Shown here one piece after another: positions 37,510 to 46,434 of a stretch of 64,000 nucleotides of DNA. Each line of letters opens with the position of its first letter. The stretch's first letter is position 1. The position numbers and the translations under genes are program-made. Origin of the DNA: an uncultured Acidimicrobiales bacterium. GTDB taxonomy: Bacteria > Actinomycetota > Acidimicrobiia > Acidimicrobiales > SZUA-35. The DNA is taken from contig CAVQVO010000020.1 in the NCBI GenBank assembly GCA_963717115.1, forward strand, positions 1,158,357 through 1,222,356, read 5' to 3'. The notes under the pieces were generated by a model that searched no databases, was not told the origin of the DNA, and was given only the letters and a program-made list of their open reading frames with translations.

Positions 37510-38808
37510 TCAGGCGTCGGCCAGGGCCAGTTCGATGGCGTCGGCGTAACGGGCGATGGCGGCGTCTCGCCGGGTGGGGATGTGCGCCGATGGCCACAGA
37601 CCCTCGTGGGGCGAGTATCCCTTCAGCAACTGGCGGGCGAGCGTGATCTTGTGCACTTCGGTGGGTCCGTCGGCGATGGCCATCACCTGGGCCCCGACCA
37701 TCATCGACGAGAACGGCATCTCGTTGGAGATCCCGAGCGCCCCGTGCAACTGCATCGCCCGCTGCACCACGTCGTGGTACACGATGGGCATCGCCGCCTT
37801 GACCGCCGCGATGTCCATGCGGACCCGCTTGTAGTCCTGATGCTTGTCGATCAGCCACGCGGTGCGCAGCACGAGCAGGCGGAACTGCTCGATCTGGATC
37901 CAGGAATCGGCCACCTTCTCCTGGGTCATCTGCAGCGACGCCAACGGACCCGTGCGGGTCTCGCGGCTCACGGCCCGCTCGCACATCATGTCGAAGGCCC
38001 GACGAACCTGCGCGATGGTCCGCATGGCGTGATGGATGCGTCCGCCGCCGAGGCGGGTCTGGGCGATGACGAAGCCCTGACCCTCGCCACCCAACAGGTG
38101 GTCGGCCGGCACCCGCACGTTGTCGTAGTGCACGTAGCCGTGCGAGGCCTCGCTCTCGGGTTCGGTGCCGACCCCGACGTTGCGGATGATCTCGATCCCG
38201 GGCGTGTCGGCCGGGACGATGAACATCGACATGCCCTGGTAGGCGCTGACGTCGGTGTTGGTGACGACCATCGTGATGAAGAAGCTGGCGAACCGGGCGT
38301 TCGACGAGAACCACTTGTAGCCGTTGATCACCCATTCGTCGCCGTCTCGAACGGCGGTGGTCTGGAACAGCGTGGGATCGGCTCCGGCATGGGGTTCGGT
38401 CATCGAATAGCACGACGAGATCTCGCCATCGAGCACCGGCTGCAGGAACCGCGCTTTCTGTCCGTCGGTTCCGTAGTGGGCCAGGATCTCGGCGTTGCCC
38501 GAGTCGGGAGCCTGAGCCCCGAAGATGGTGGGAGCCCAGCGGGTCCGGCCGAGCAGCTCGTTGAGCAACGCCAGCTTCACCTGCCCGTAGCCCTGGCCGC
38601 CCAGCTCGGGACCGAGGTGGCAGGCCCACAGCCCGGCGTCGCGCACCTGCTGTTGGAGCGGACGGACGATGGCCATGGCGGCCCGGTCGGACTTGTCGTA
38701 GGGATCGTGGAGCACGAAGTCGAGCGGCTCGATCTCGTTGCGCACGAACTCGTCGACCCAGTCCAGCTTGGCCTGAAACTCCGGTTCGGTTTCGAAATCC
38801 CAGCTCAT
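37510..38808 (-). CDS. acyl-CoA dehydrogenase
   Basis: Last 432 aa of ORF 37510..39549, from MSWDFETEPEF. It has CYSMTEPHAGADP and IADGPTEVHKITLAR. Confidence 0.9.
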   Translation of the reverse strand: MSWDFETEPEFQAKLDWVDEFVRNEIEPLDFVLHDPYDKSDRAAMAIVRPLQQQVRDAGLWACHLGPELGGQGYGQVKLALLNELLGRTRWAPTIFGAQAPDSGNAEILAHYGTDGQKARFLQPVLDGEISSCYSMTEPHAGADPTLFQTTAVRDGDEWVINGYKWFSSNARFASFFITMVVTNTDVSAYQGMSMFIVPADTPGIEIIRNVGVGTEPESEASHGYVHYDNVRVPADHLLGGEGQGFVIAQTRLGGGRIHHAMRTIAQVRRAFDMMCERAVSRETRTGPLASLQMTQEKVADSWIQIEQFRLLVLRTAWLIDKHQDYKRVRMDIAAVKAAMPIVYHDVVQRAMQLHGALGISNEMPFSSMMVGAQVMAIADGPTEVHKITLARQLLKGYSPHEGLWPSAHIPTRRDAAIARYADAIELALADA

Positions 38809-39024
38809 GTCCAGCTCCCTGTCGGTTCGTCGTGATTCGAGTTCGTTGCCGTTCGAGTGCGACGTGGTTCGAGTTGCGTGGTTCGACCGGCCGGCCCCGT
38901 GACCGATGACCCTATGGCCGGGCGACGACAGCGTCCAGACGGCCGAGGCCGTCACGGTCGGGGGCAGGCCCGACCTCGGCTGAGTCGAAATAGACGGGGT
39001 CAACCATGGGTTGTCACGAGCACG

Positions 39025-40668
39025 ATGTCCTCGTCTCCCCTGCCCAACACTCCCCCAGCTCCCGCCGACGCCGGCTCCTCGCTCGACGACCTGGAGTTCA
39101 CCAACACCTTCCAGCTCGAGCTCCCCGCCGATCCCGACGACCGCATCGTGCCCCGACCGGTCCACGGGGCGGCCTACTCCCGGGTCCGGCCCTCCCCGAC
39201 TGCGGCTCCGGTCACACTCGCCGTGACCGACGAGATGCTCGACGTCCTCGGCCTCGACCGGGCCGACGCCGAGTCGGAGCGGTTCGCCCAGGTCTTCTCG
39301 GGCAACGAGCTCCTCGACGGCATGGACCCGTACGCCATGAACTACGGGGGCCACCAGTTCGGGAACTGGGCCGGCCAGCTCGGCGACGGCCGGGCGATCG
39401 CTCTGGGCGAGGTCCGGACCCCCGACGGCCAACGCCTGACCCTCCAGCTGAAGGGCGCCGGTCGCACGCCGTATTCCCGCTCCGCCGATGGCCTGGCCGT
39501 GCTGCGCTCGTCGCTGCGCGAGTTCCTGTGCAGCGAGGCGATGCACCATCTCGGTGTTCCGACCACTCGGGCCCTGAGCCTGGTCCTCACCGGCGACAAG
39601 GTCGTGCGCGACATGTTCTACGACGGTCGCCCCGAGGCCGAACTGGGGGCGGTGGTGTGCCGGGTGGCGCCCAGTTTCCTGCGCTTCGGCAACTACCAGC
39701 TGCCGGCGTCACGAGGCGAACACGAGCTGCTGCGAAGCCTGCTCGACCACACGATCGCCAACCACTTCCCCGAGCTCCTCGACCGGCACCCGGCCTCCTC
39801 GCCCGAGATCCATGCGGCGTGGTTCGCCCGTGTTGCCGACCTCACCGCCGATCTGATGGTCGAGTGGATGCGCGTCGGTTTCGTCCACGGCGTCATGAAC
39901 ACCGACAACCTCTCGGTGCTCGGCCTCACCATCGACTTCGGACCGTACGGCTGGCTCGAGGACTTCGACCCGGGCTGGACCCCGAACACCACCGATGCCC
40001 AGCACCGGCGCTACCGATACGGCAACCAGCCCCAGATCGGCCACTGGAACCTGGCCCAGCTCGGCAACGCGCTCGTTCCGCTCATCGACGACGTCGAACC
40101 GCTGCAGCAGGCGCTCGACGGGTACGTCGACCGGTATCAACGCGGTTACCAGGCGATGATGGCCTCGAAGCTCGGCCTGTCGGCGTTCGATCCCGAGACC
40201 GACGACGACCTGATCCGGGGGGTCATCGACGTGCTCGTCTCGGCCGAGACCGACATGACGATCTTCTTCCGGAACCTGGCCGACGTCGACCTCGGCGCCG
40301 ATTCCCCGAGCCGGTTCGACCCGCTCCGAGACGCCTACTACCGGCCCGAGCAACTCGACGACGACGTGATGGCCGGCATCGACGCCTTCCTCGACGCCCT
40401 GGCCGCACGGGTCGCACGAGATCCACTCGACACCGACGAGCGCCGCTCCCTCATGCGCTCGGTCAATCCCCGGTTCGTCCTGCGCAACTACCTGGCCCAG
40501 CTGGCGATCGACGCCGCCGAAACCGGCGATCCGTCGAAGATCCACGAGCTGCTCGACACGCTCCGCCGACCCTACGACGACCAGCCCGGCCGCGAGCACC
40601 TCGCCGGAAAACGGCCCGAGTGGGCCCGATCACGCCCGGGTTGCTCGATGCTGTCGTGCAGTTCATGA
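39025..40668 (+). CDS. selO: protein adenylyltransferase SelO (YdiU) family, Cys form
   Basis: In ORF 38857..40668, from MSSSPLPN. It has NYGGHQFGNWAGQLGDGRA, HGVMNTDN, and the C-terminal ...MLSCSS. Confidence 0.85.
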   Translation: MSSSPLPNTPPAPADAGSSLDDLEFTNTFQLELPADPDDRIVPRPVHGAAYSRVRPSPTAAPVTLAVTDEMLDVLGLDRADAESERFAQVFSGNELLDGMDPYAMNYGGHQFGNWAGQLGDGRAIALGEVRTPDGQRLTLQLKGAGRTPYSRSADGLAVLRSSLREFLCSEAMHHLGVPTTRALSLVLTGDKVVRDMFYDGRPEAELGAVVCRVAPSFLRFGNYQLPASRGEHELLRSLLDHTIANHFPELLDRHPASSPEIHAAWFARVADLTADLMVEWMRVGFVHGVMNTDNLSVLGLTIDFGPYGWLEDFDPGWTPNTTDAQHRRYRYGNQPQIGHWNLAQLGNALVPLIDDVEPLQQALDGYVDRYQRGYQAMMASKLGLSAFDPETDDDLIRGVIDVLVSAETDMTIFFRNLADVDLGADSPSRFDPLRDAYYRPEQLDDDVMAGIDAFLDALAARVARDPLDTDERRSLMRSVNPRFVLRNYLAQLAIDAAETGDPSKIHELLDTLRRPYDDQPGREHLAGKRPEWARSRPGCSMLSCSS

Positions 40669-41144
40669 CCCCACCGAACCATCCCATCGGGCGCAACCAC
40701 TCAAGGCTCGGGTCGGTTCGGCCGATCAACCGAACTGTGCTCGACCGTCACGACCTGATCGCCGCCCTCGCCGCGCGCGACCTGGGATTCGGTGACCCCT
40801 CGGCCCTGTTGCTGCTGATCGTGCTCGACGATCCACTCGGCGCCGTCGACCCCGACCTCACCGACCGGGTCGGCCTTCACCTTGGCGCGATGATCCGCGA
40901 CACCGATCTCATCGGTGCCCTCGACCCCGGCGAACTCGCCATGGTGGTGTTCGATCTCCCGGTCGTGCAGCGCGAGGCATTCGTCGCCGGCATCACGATG
41001 GCGCTCGACGGTGTGATGTCGGCCGTCAGCGAGGGCGTGGTCGCCTCGATCGGGACCAGCCGGCTCCGATCGACCGACGCCATCGCCCTGGCGTTCCGCG
41101 CCGCCGACCGGACCCTCGACCCGATCGCCCACGTTCCGGCCTGA
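40665..41144 (+). CDS. small degenerate GGDEF-like domain protein
   Basis: Tail of ORF 39006..41144. The ATG overlaps the selO stop (ATGA). The GGDEF-fold pattern is LLLIVLDD...DLIGALDPGELAMVVF...VASIGTS...AFRAADRTL, with GGDEF replaced by DPGEL. Confidence 0.5.
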   Translation: MTPPNHPIGRNHSRLGSVRPINRTVLDRHDLIAALAARDLGFGDPSALLLLIVLDDPLGAVDPDLTDRVGLHLGAMIRDTDLIGALDPGELAMVVFDLPVVQREAFVAGITMALDGVMSAVSEGVVASIGTSRLRSTDAIALAFRAADRTLDPIAHVPA

Positions 41145-41219
41145 ACCACCGGTCGGTCGGTCGGTCGCCGCCGAACCGTGTCCGTGCCCCAGGCCGGTCG
41201 ACGGGCGGCGGCGCCCCGG

Positions 41220-43499
41220 TCAGCCCGCGGCCTGGATGGCGTTCCAGACGTTCATCGAGGTGAGCGGCATGTCGATGTGGCGCACACCCAGATGGGAGAC
41301 GGCGTCGATCACCGCATTGTGGATGGCGGGAGTCGACCCGATGGTCCCGGACTCGCCGATGCCCTTGGCTCCCAGCGGGTTGCGGGGGCTCGGCGTCTCG
41401 GTGTTGTAGGTCTCGAAGTTGATCAGCTCGGCGGCAGACGGAATGGCGTAGTCCATCAGGTTGCTGGTGATCGGGTTGCCGTCCTCGTCGTAGGAGACCA
41501 TCTCGAAGAGGGCCTGGGCCGCCCCCTGGGCGATCCCTCCGTGCTGCTGGCCGGTGACCAGCAGCGGGTTGAGGATGCGCCCGCAGTCGTCGACGGCGAT
41601 GTGACGCAGCATCGTCACCCGTCCGGTCTCGGTGTCGACCTCGACGACCGACACGTGGGCGCCGAAGGGGAAGGTCGAGTCGGTGCCGTCGAAATCGAGT
41701 TCGTACGCGAGACCCGGCTCGAGATCGGCGGGGCGCTTGGCGTCGTCCTTCGATGCCTGAGCCAACTCGGCCCAGCTCATCGCCGAGGTCGGCACGCCGG
41801 CCACCTGGAGCCCGTTGTCACCCTTCACGATGTCGTCGGGACTCGCTTCGAGGAGATGGGCGGCGAGGGTCTTGGCCCGATCGAGGACGGTCTCGGACGC
41901 CACGTGAACGGCCGATCCGGCGGTCTGCAGCGAGCGTGAGCCCATCGTTCCCGCTCCACGCGGGATGTCGTCGGTATCGGACTGGAGCACCGTGATCGCG
42001 TCCATCGGGACGCCGAGCATGTCGGAGATGATCATCGAGAACGCCGTGATGTGTCCCTGCCCGTGGGCCGAGGTGCCGACCTTGGCCGTGACGGTGCCGT
42101 CGTCGTTGACCTCGACGGCGCCGTACTCGAGGTGGAGTCCGGCGGGAGCCGTGACCTCGACGTAGGCCGAGACGCCGATGCCGAGCTGCTTGGAATCCCC
42201 CGAAGCCCGCCGGGCCGCCTGTTCGACCAACAGGTCGGTGTAGCCCGACTTCTCCAACGCCAGATCGAGCGCCTTCTCGTACTCCCCCGAGTCGTAGTTG
42301 GCGCCGCCGTGGGTGGTCAGCGGGAAGTCCTCGGGCTGCAGGAAGTTCTTGCGACGGATCTCGGCCGGATCGAGCCCGAGCTCGTCGGCGGCCATGTCGA
42401 TGATGCGTTCGAGCATCTGGGTGGCCTCGGGTCGACCGGCCCCCCGGTAGGCGGCGACGAACGTGGTGTTGGTGGCCACCGAGATCGCGTTGTAGCGGAG
42501 CCTCGGTACGGCGTAGACACCCTGGCTCATGGTCTGGGTGAACATGGGCAGGATGGCGCCGATGGCCGGGTAGGCGCCGGCGTTGGCGACGACGTTGATG
42601 TCGAGACCGGTGATCACGCCGTCTTCGGTGAGACCCAGCTTGGCGTTGAGGACCATGTCTCGTCCGTGCGCCATCGACACCATGTCTTCGCTGCGTTCCT
42701 CGGTCCACTTGAGGGGACGATCGAGCATCTGGGCGGCGCGGGCGACGAGCAGGTGCTCGGCGTAGGCCCCGGCCTTGGGCCCGAATCCGCCACCGACGGC
42801 CGGTGCCGCGACGCGCAACTTGCCCTCGTCCATGCCGAGCAGGCCGGCGAGGGCCCCGCGAACGGCGATCGGGTTCTGGCTCGGGATCCACAGCTCGAGT
42901 GCGCTGTCGGACTTGGGGATCGCCACGATGCCGTTGGGTTCCATGGGAACACCGGCCAACCGCTGCGACACGATCCGACCCTCGGTGACGTGCGCGGCCC
43001 CGTCGAGCGGATCGCCTTCGCCGATCCCGATGGCGAACACGACGTTCGACCCGGTGTCGGGGAACAGCAGTGGCGCCCCGTCGGCGGCCGCTGCCTCGGC
43101 GTCGACGACGACGGGCAGCGGCTCGTAGTCGATCACCACCAGCTCGGCGGCATCGGCGGCGACCTCACGACTCTCGGCGACGACCATCGCCACGATGTCA
43201 CCGACGAACCGCACCTTCCCCTTGGCCAGCGAGGGGCGGGTGGGCATGCCCGGCATCCCGACGAAGTCGGCGACATCGAGGTTGTCGCTGGTGTAGACCG
43301 CGATCACGCCGGGGGTGGCGACGGCCTCGTCGATGTCGACGCCGGCGATGTCGGCGTGGGCGAAGGTCGACCGGACGAAGAAGACGTGGCAGACGCCCTC
43401 GATCGCGAGGTCGTCGTAGTACTTGTCGGCCCCCACCAGGAGACTGGGGTCCTCCCGGCGGAGGACGGCATGGCCGAGAATCGAACCCTGAACTGACAT
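41220..43499 (-). CDS. molybdopterin-binding large subunit of the xanthine dehydrogenase/CoxL family (form II, AYRGAGR)
   Basis: Last 759 aa of ORF 41220..43823, from MSVQGSILGHAVLRREDPSLL. The AYRGAGR motif is seen. No CoxM/CoxS genes are adjacent. Confidence 0.85.
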   Translation of the reverse strand: MSVQGSILGHAVLRREDPSLLVGADKYYDDLAIEGVCHVFFVRSTFAHADIAGVDIDEAVATPGVIAVYTSDNLDVADFVGMPGMPTRPSLAKGKVRFVGDIVAMVVAESREVAADAAELVVIDYEPLPVVVDAEAAAADGAPLLFPDTGSNVVFAIGIGEGDPLDGAAHVTEGRIVSQRLAGVPMEPNGIVAIPKSDSALELWIPSQNPIAVRGALAGLLGMDEGKLRVAAPAVGGGFGPKAGAYAEHLLVARAAQMLDRPLKWTEERSEDMVSMAHGRDMVLNAKLGLTEDGVITGLDINVVANAGAYPAIGAILPMFTQTMSQGVYAVPRLRYNAISVATNTTFVAAYRGAGRPEATQMLERIIDMAADELGLDPAEIRRKNFLQPEDFPLTTHGGANYDSGEYEKALDLALEKSGYTDLLVEQAARRASGDSKQLGIGVSAYVEVTAPAGLHLEYGAVEVNDDGTVTAKVGTSAHGQGHITAFSMIISDMLGVPMDAITVLQSDTDDIPRGAGTMGSRSLQTAGSAVHVASETVLDRAKTLAAHLLEASPDDIVKGDNGLQVAGVPTSAMSWAELAQASKDDAKRPADLEPGLAYELDFDGTDSTFPFGAHVSVVEVDTETGRVTMLRHIAVDDCGRILNPLLVTGQQHGGIAQGAAQALFEMVSYDEDGNPITSNLMDYAIPSAAELINFETYNTETPSPRNPLGAKGIGESGTIGSTPAIHNAVIDAVSHLGVRHIDMPLTSMNVWNAIQAAG

Positions 43500-43654
43500 C
43501 ACGACTCCTCTGACGACGGCACGACGCAACCCGGTCGAACGCGGGCACCGGCTGCGGCGCCGATAGTAGGACCAAACGCCCAACCCGGCCGAATCTCGAT
43601 CCGCCGAATCCCCGATTCGGTGTCGGCGGTCTCGGGCCGTGGACGTGCCGTTTC

Positions 43655-44944
43655 GTGTCGGACGGGTCCGTGGAATACGTTTGCAGGATGTCCGATGACG
43701 TTCTCCTCTTGCCAAACCCGATCCTGAACGAGTTCTGGGTTCGACCTCAAGACGAGATCCACGCCGACCTCGACCTCCTGCGTCCACGGGGCCCGGTCTT
43801 CCTCCCCGAGCCCGAGATCCCACCGGAGATCCCGCTCCCCCAGGGTCCCGGCGCCTGGGCGCTGACGAGCATGGCCGACATCCTGCACGTGTCGAAGAAC
43901 CCGCAACTGTTCTCGTCGGCCAAGGGGATCACGGTCGGCGACCAACCGGTCGAGTTCGTCGAGTTCTTCGGCTCGATGATCGGCATGGACGACCCCCGCC
44001 ATGCCCGCCTCCGGCGCATCGTCTCGGCCGGGTTCACGCCCCGGATGCTGGCCAAGCTCGATGATGCCGTCCAGGTGCTGGCGTCGCAGATCGTCGACGA
44101 CGTCAAGGGACGCGGCGAGATCGACTTCGTGGTCGACGTGGCGGCCGCCCTGCCGCTCAAGATCGTCACCGACCTCATGGGTCTGCCCGAGTCGGAGTAC
44201 CAGTTCGTCTTCGACCGCACCAACATCATCCTCGGCGCCGGCGACCCCGAATACGTGCCGGTCGGCACCGACATCGTGACGGCCATCCTGACCGCCGGCG
44301 CCGAGCTGGCCCAGCTGATGGACGAGCACGCCGCCTCCAAGAAGGGCGGCTCGGGCACCGATCTCACCTCGCTGCTCGTCAACGCCGACCTGCCCGACGA
44401 CCAGCTCAGCCACGGCGATCTGGCCAGCTTCTTCATCCTCCTCGTCGTGGCGGGCAACGAGACCACCCGCAACGCGATCAGCTGGGGCATGAAGTACCTG
44501 ACCGACCATCCCGAGCAGCGACGGATCTGGGCCGAGGACTTCGACGGGGTGGCATCGACCGCGGTCGAGGAGATCGTGCGCATGGCCAGCCCGGTCACCT
44601 ACATGCGCCGCACGGTCACCGAGGACACCGTCGTCGGGGGCCAGGCCATGGCCGCAGGCGACAAGATCTGCATGTTCTACCTCGCCGCCAACCGCGACCC
44701 CGCGGTGTACGCCGACCCGCACGTCTTCGACGTGCGCCGCCACCCGAATCCCCACGTCGGGTTCGGTGGCCCCGGACCCCATTTCTGCCTGGGCGCCCAT
44801 TTGGCCCGTCGCGAGATCACGGTCATGTTCCGCGAACTCTTCCGGCAGCTCCCCGACATCCGGGTCACCGGCGAGCCCGACTACCTCTCGTCGTCGTTCA
44901 TCCACGGCGTGAAGCACCTCACGGCGACCTTCGAGCCGCGCTGA
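43655..44944 (+). CDS. cytochrome P450
   Basis: 429-aa ORF (alternative start ATG 43688). It has the I-helix VVAGNETT, EXXR, and the heme loop FGGPGPHFCLGAHLAR. Confidence 0.9.
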   Translation: MSDGSVEYVCRMSDDVLLLPNPILNEFWVRPQDEIHADLDLLRPRGPVFLPEPEIPPEIPLPQGPGAWALTSMADILHVSKNPQLFSSAKGITVGDQPVEFVEFFGSMIGMDDPRHARLRRIVSAGFTPRMLAKLDDAVQVLASQIVDDVKGRGEIDFVVDVAAALPLKIVTDLMGLPESEYQFVFDRTNIILGAGDPEYVPVGTDIVTAILTAGAELAQLMDEHAASKKGGSGTDLTSLLVNADLPDDQLSHGDLASFFILLVVAGNETTRNAISWGMKYLTDHPEQRRIWAEDFDGVASTAVEEIVRMASPVTYMRRTVTEDTVVGGQAMAAGDKICMFYLAANRDPAVYADPHVFDVRRHPNPHVGFGGPGPHFCLGAHLARREITVMFRELFRQLPDIRVTGEPDYLSSSFIHGVKHLTATFEPR

Positions 44945-45028
44945 GCGGATCGATCACCTCGATCCCCGGCCGAGCCGATTCGCCGACCACCTCCCTCCAG
45001 TCGACCACCACCGCACAAGGAACCGCAC

Positions 45029-46264
45029 ATGAGTGACAACGCCGCCACCCTTCCCGCCGAGGAGGCCGACGCCTTCCGCGCCCGCTGCCGGGCGTTCCTC
45101 GAAGAGCACGCCACGGGCCTGACCATCGTCGGCGAGGACCCCCGCAGCGACCAGTCGATCGCCCAGGCCCGGGCCTTCCAGGCCAAGGTGGCCGAAGCCG
45201 GGCTGGCGGGCCTCCTGTACCCGACCGAGTACGGCGGCCAGGGGCTCACCCAGGCCCACGACCGGATCTGGCGCGAGGAGTACGCGAAGGTCCCCGACAT
45301 GACCGGTCAGCTGACGATCAGCCACGGGATGTGTCTGCCGGTCCTGAGCGAGTTCGGCTCACCCGAACAGAAGGCGGCGTTCCTCGCCGACAACATCGCG
45401 GCCCGGACGATCTGGTGTCAGATGTTCTCCGAGCCCGGCGCCGGGTCCGACGTCGCCTCGCTGCAGACCAAGGCCGAACTCGACGGTGACGAGTGGACCA
45501 TCAACGGTCAGAAGGTCTGGACCACGCTGGCCCATCAGGCCGACTACGGCATCCTGATCGCCCGAACCGATCCCGAGCAGCCCAAGCACCGCGGCATCTC
45601 GATGTTCATCGTCGACATGAAGGCCCCCGGGGTCGAGATCCGACCGATCAACCAGATCGACGGCGGCGTGCACTTCAACGAGGTCTTCTTCTCCGACCTG
45701 CGGATCCCCAAGGACTGGTTGGTGGGTTCGCTCAACGACGGTTGGCGCTTGGCGACCGCCATGCTGATGTACGAACGGGTGGCCATCGGGACCGGCTCCA
45801 CCAGCGGCATCAAGACCCCGAACTACAAGTGGCTCTCCGACGAGGCCAAGCGCCGGGGCACCTCGGCCGATCCCGTGATCCGACAGGCCCTGGCATCGCT
45901 GTACAGCCAGGAGGCCACCAAGAGCCTGGTCGCCATGCGCACGCGGGCCGAGCTCAAGGCCGGCAAGGCGCCCGGCCCCGGCGGCTCGTTGGGCAAGCTC
46001 CACGGAGCCAAGATCGCCCGCATGACCCGATCGATGGCACTCGAGATCACCGGCCCCGAGGGCATCGCCTGGGACGAGTCGAGCAATGCCGAGAAGTTCG
46101 CCAAGATGGTCGTCGGCTCCTTCAGCGCCAACATCGCCGGTGGCACCGACGAGATCCAGAAGAACATCATCGGTGACCGTGTCCTCGGGCTGCCCCGGGA
46201 GCCCAGCGTCGACAAGGACGTGGCCTTCCGCGAGCTGCGGGTCGGCACCCAGCGCTCCGACTGA
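45029..46264 (+). CDS. acyl-CoA dehydrogenase
   Basis: 411 aa with WCQMFSEPGAGSD and GGTDEIQKNIIGD. Confidence 0.9.
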   Translation: MSDNAATLPAEEADAFRARCRAFLEEHATGLTIVGEDPRSDQSIAQARAFQAKVAEAGLAGLLYPTEYGGQGLTQAHDRIWREEYAKVPDMTGQLTISHGMCLPVLSEFGSPEQKAAFLADNIAARTIWCQMFSEPGAGSDVASLQTKAELDGDEWTINGQKVWTTLAHQADYGILIARTDPEQPKHRGISMFIVDMKAPGVEIRPINQIDGGVHFNEVFFSDLRIPKDWLVGSLNDGWRLATAMLMYERVAIGTGSTSGIKTPNYKWLSDEAKRRGTSADPVIRQALASLYSQEATKSLVAMRTRAELKAGKAPGPGGSLGKLHGAKIARMTRSMALEITGPEGIAWDESSNAEKFAKMVVGSFSANIAGGTDEIQKNIIGDRVLGLPREPSVDKDVAFRELRVGTQRSD

Positions 46265-46434
46265 CGCGACGGTCGCCGACCGTTCCTGCCGGTTCGATCA
46301 CGCAACGTGGTCGAACCGGCCGTTTGACCTGATGGCTGAGAAGGATTGCCCCTGATTTCACCACGCACGGTGAGAGTAGATTGGTGTTCCCCGGCATGCG
46401 CACCCGGCATTGCCGCCCGAACGACGGACACCTC

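Noticed and set aside
39025-40668. I considered SelO as a selenoprotein.
   Set aside because: The ORF ends ...MLSCSS with an ordinary stop and has no in-frame TGA. This is the Cys-containing bacterial form.
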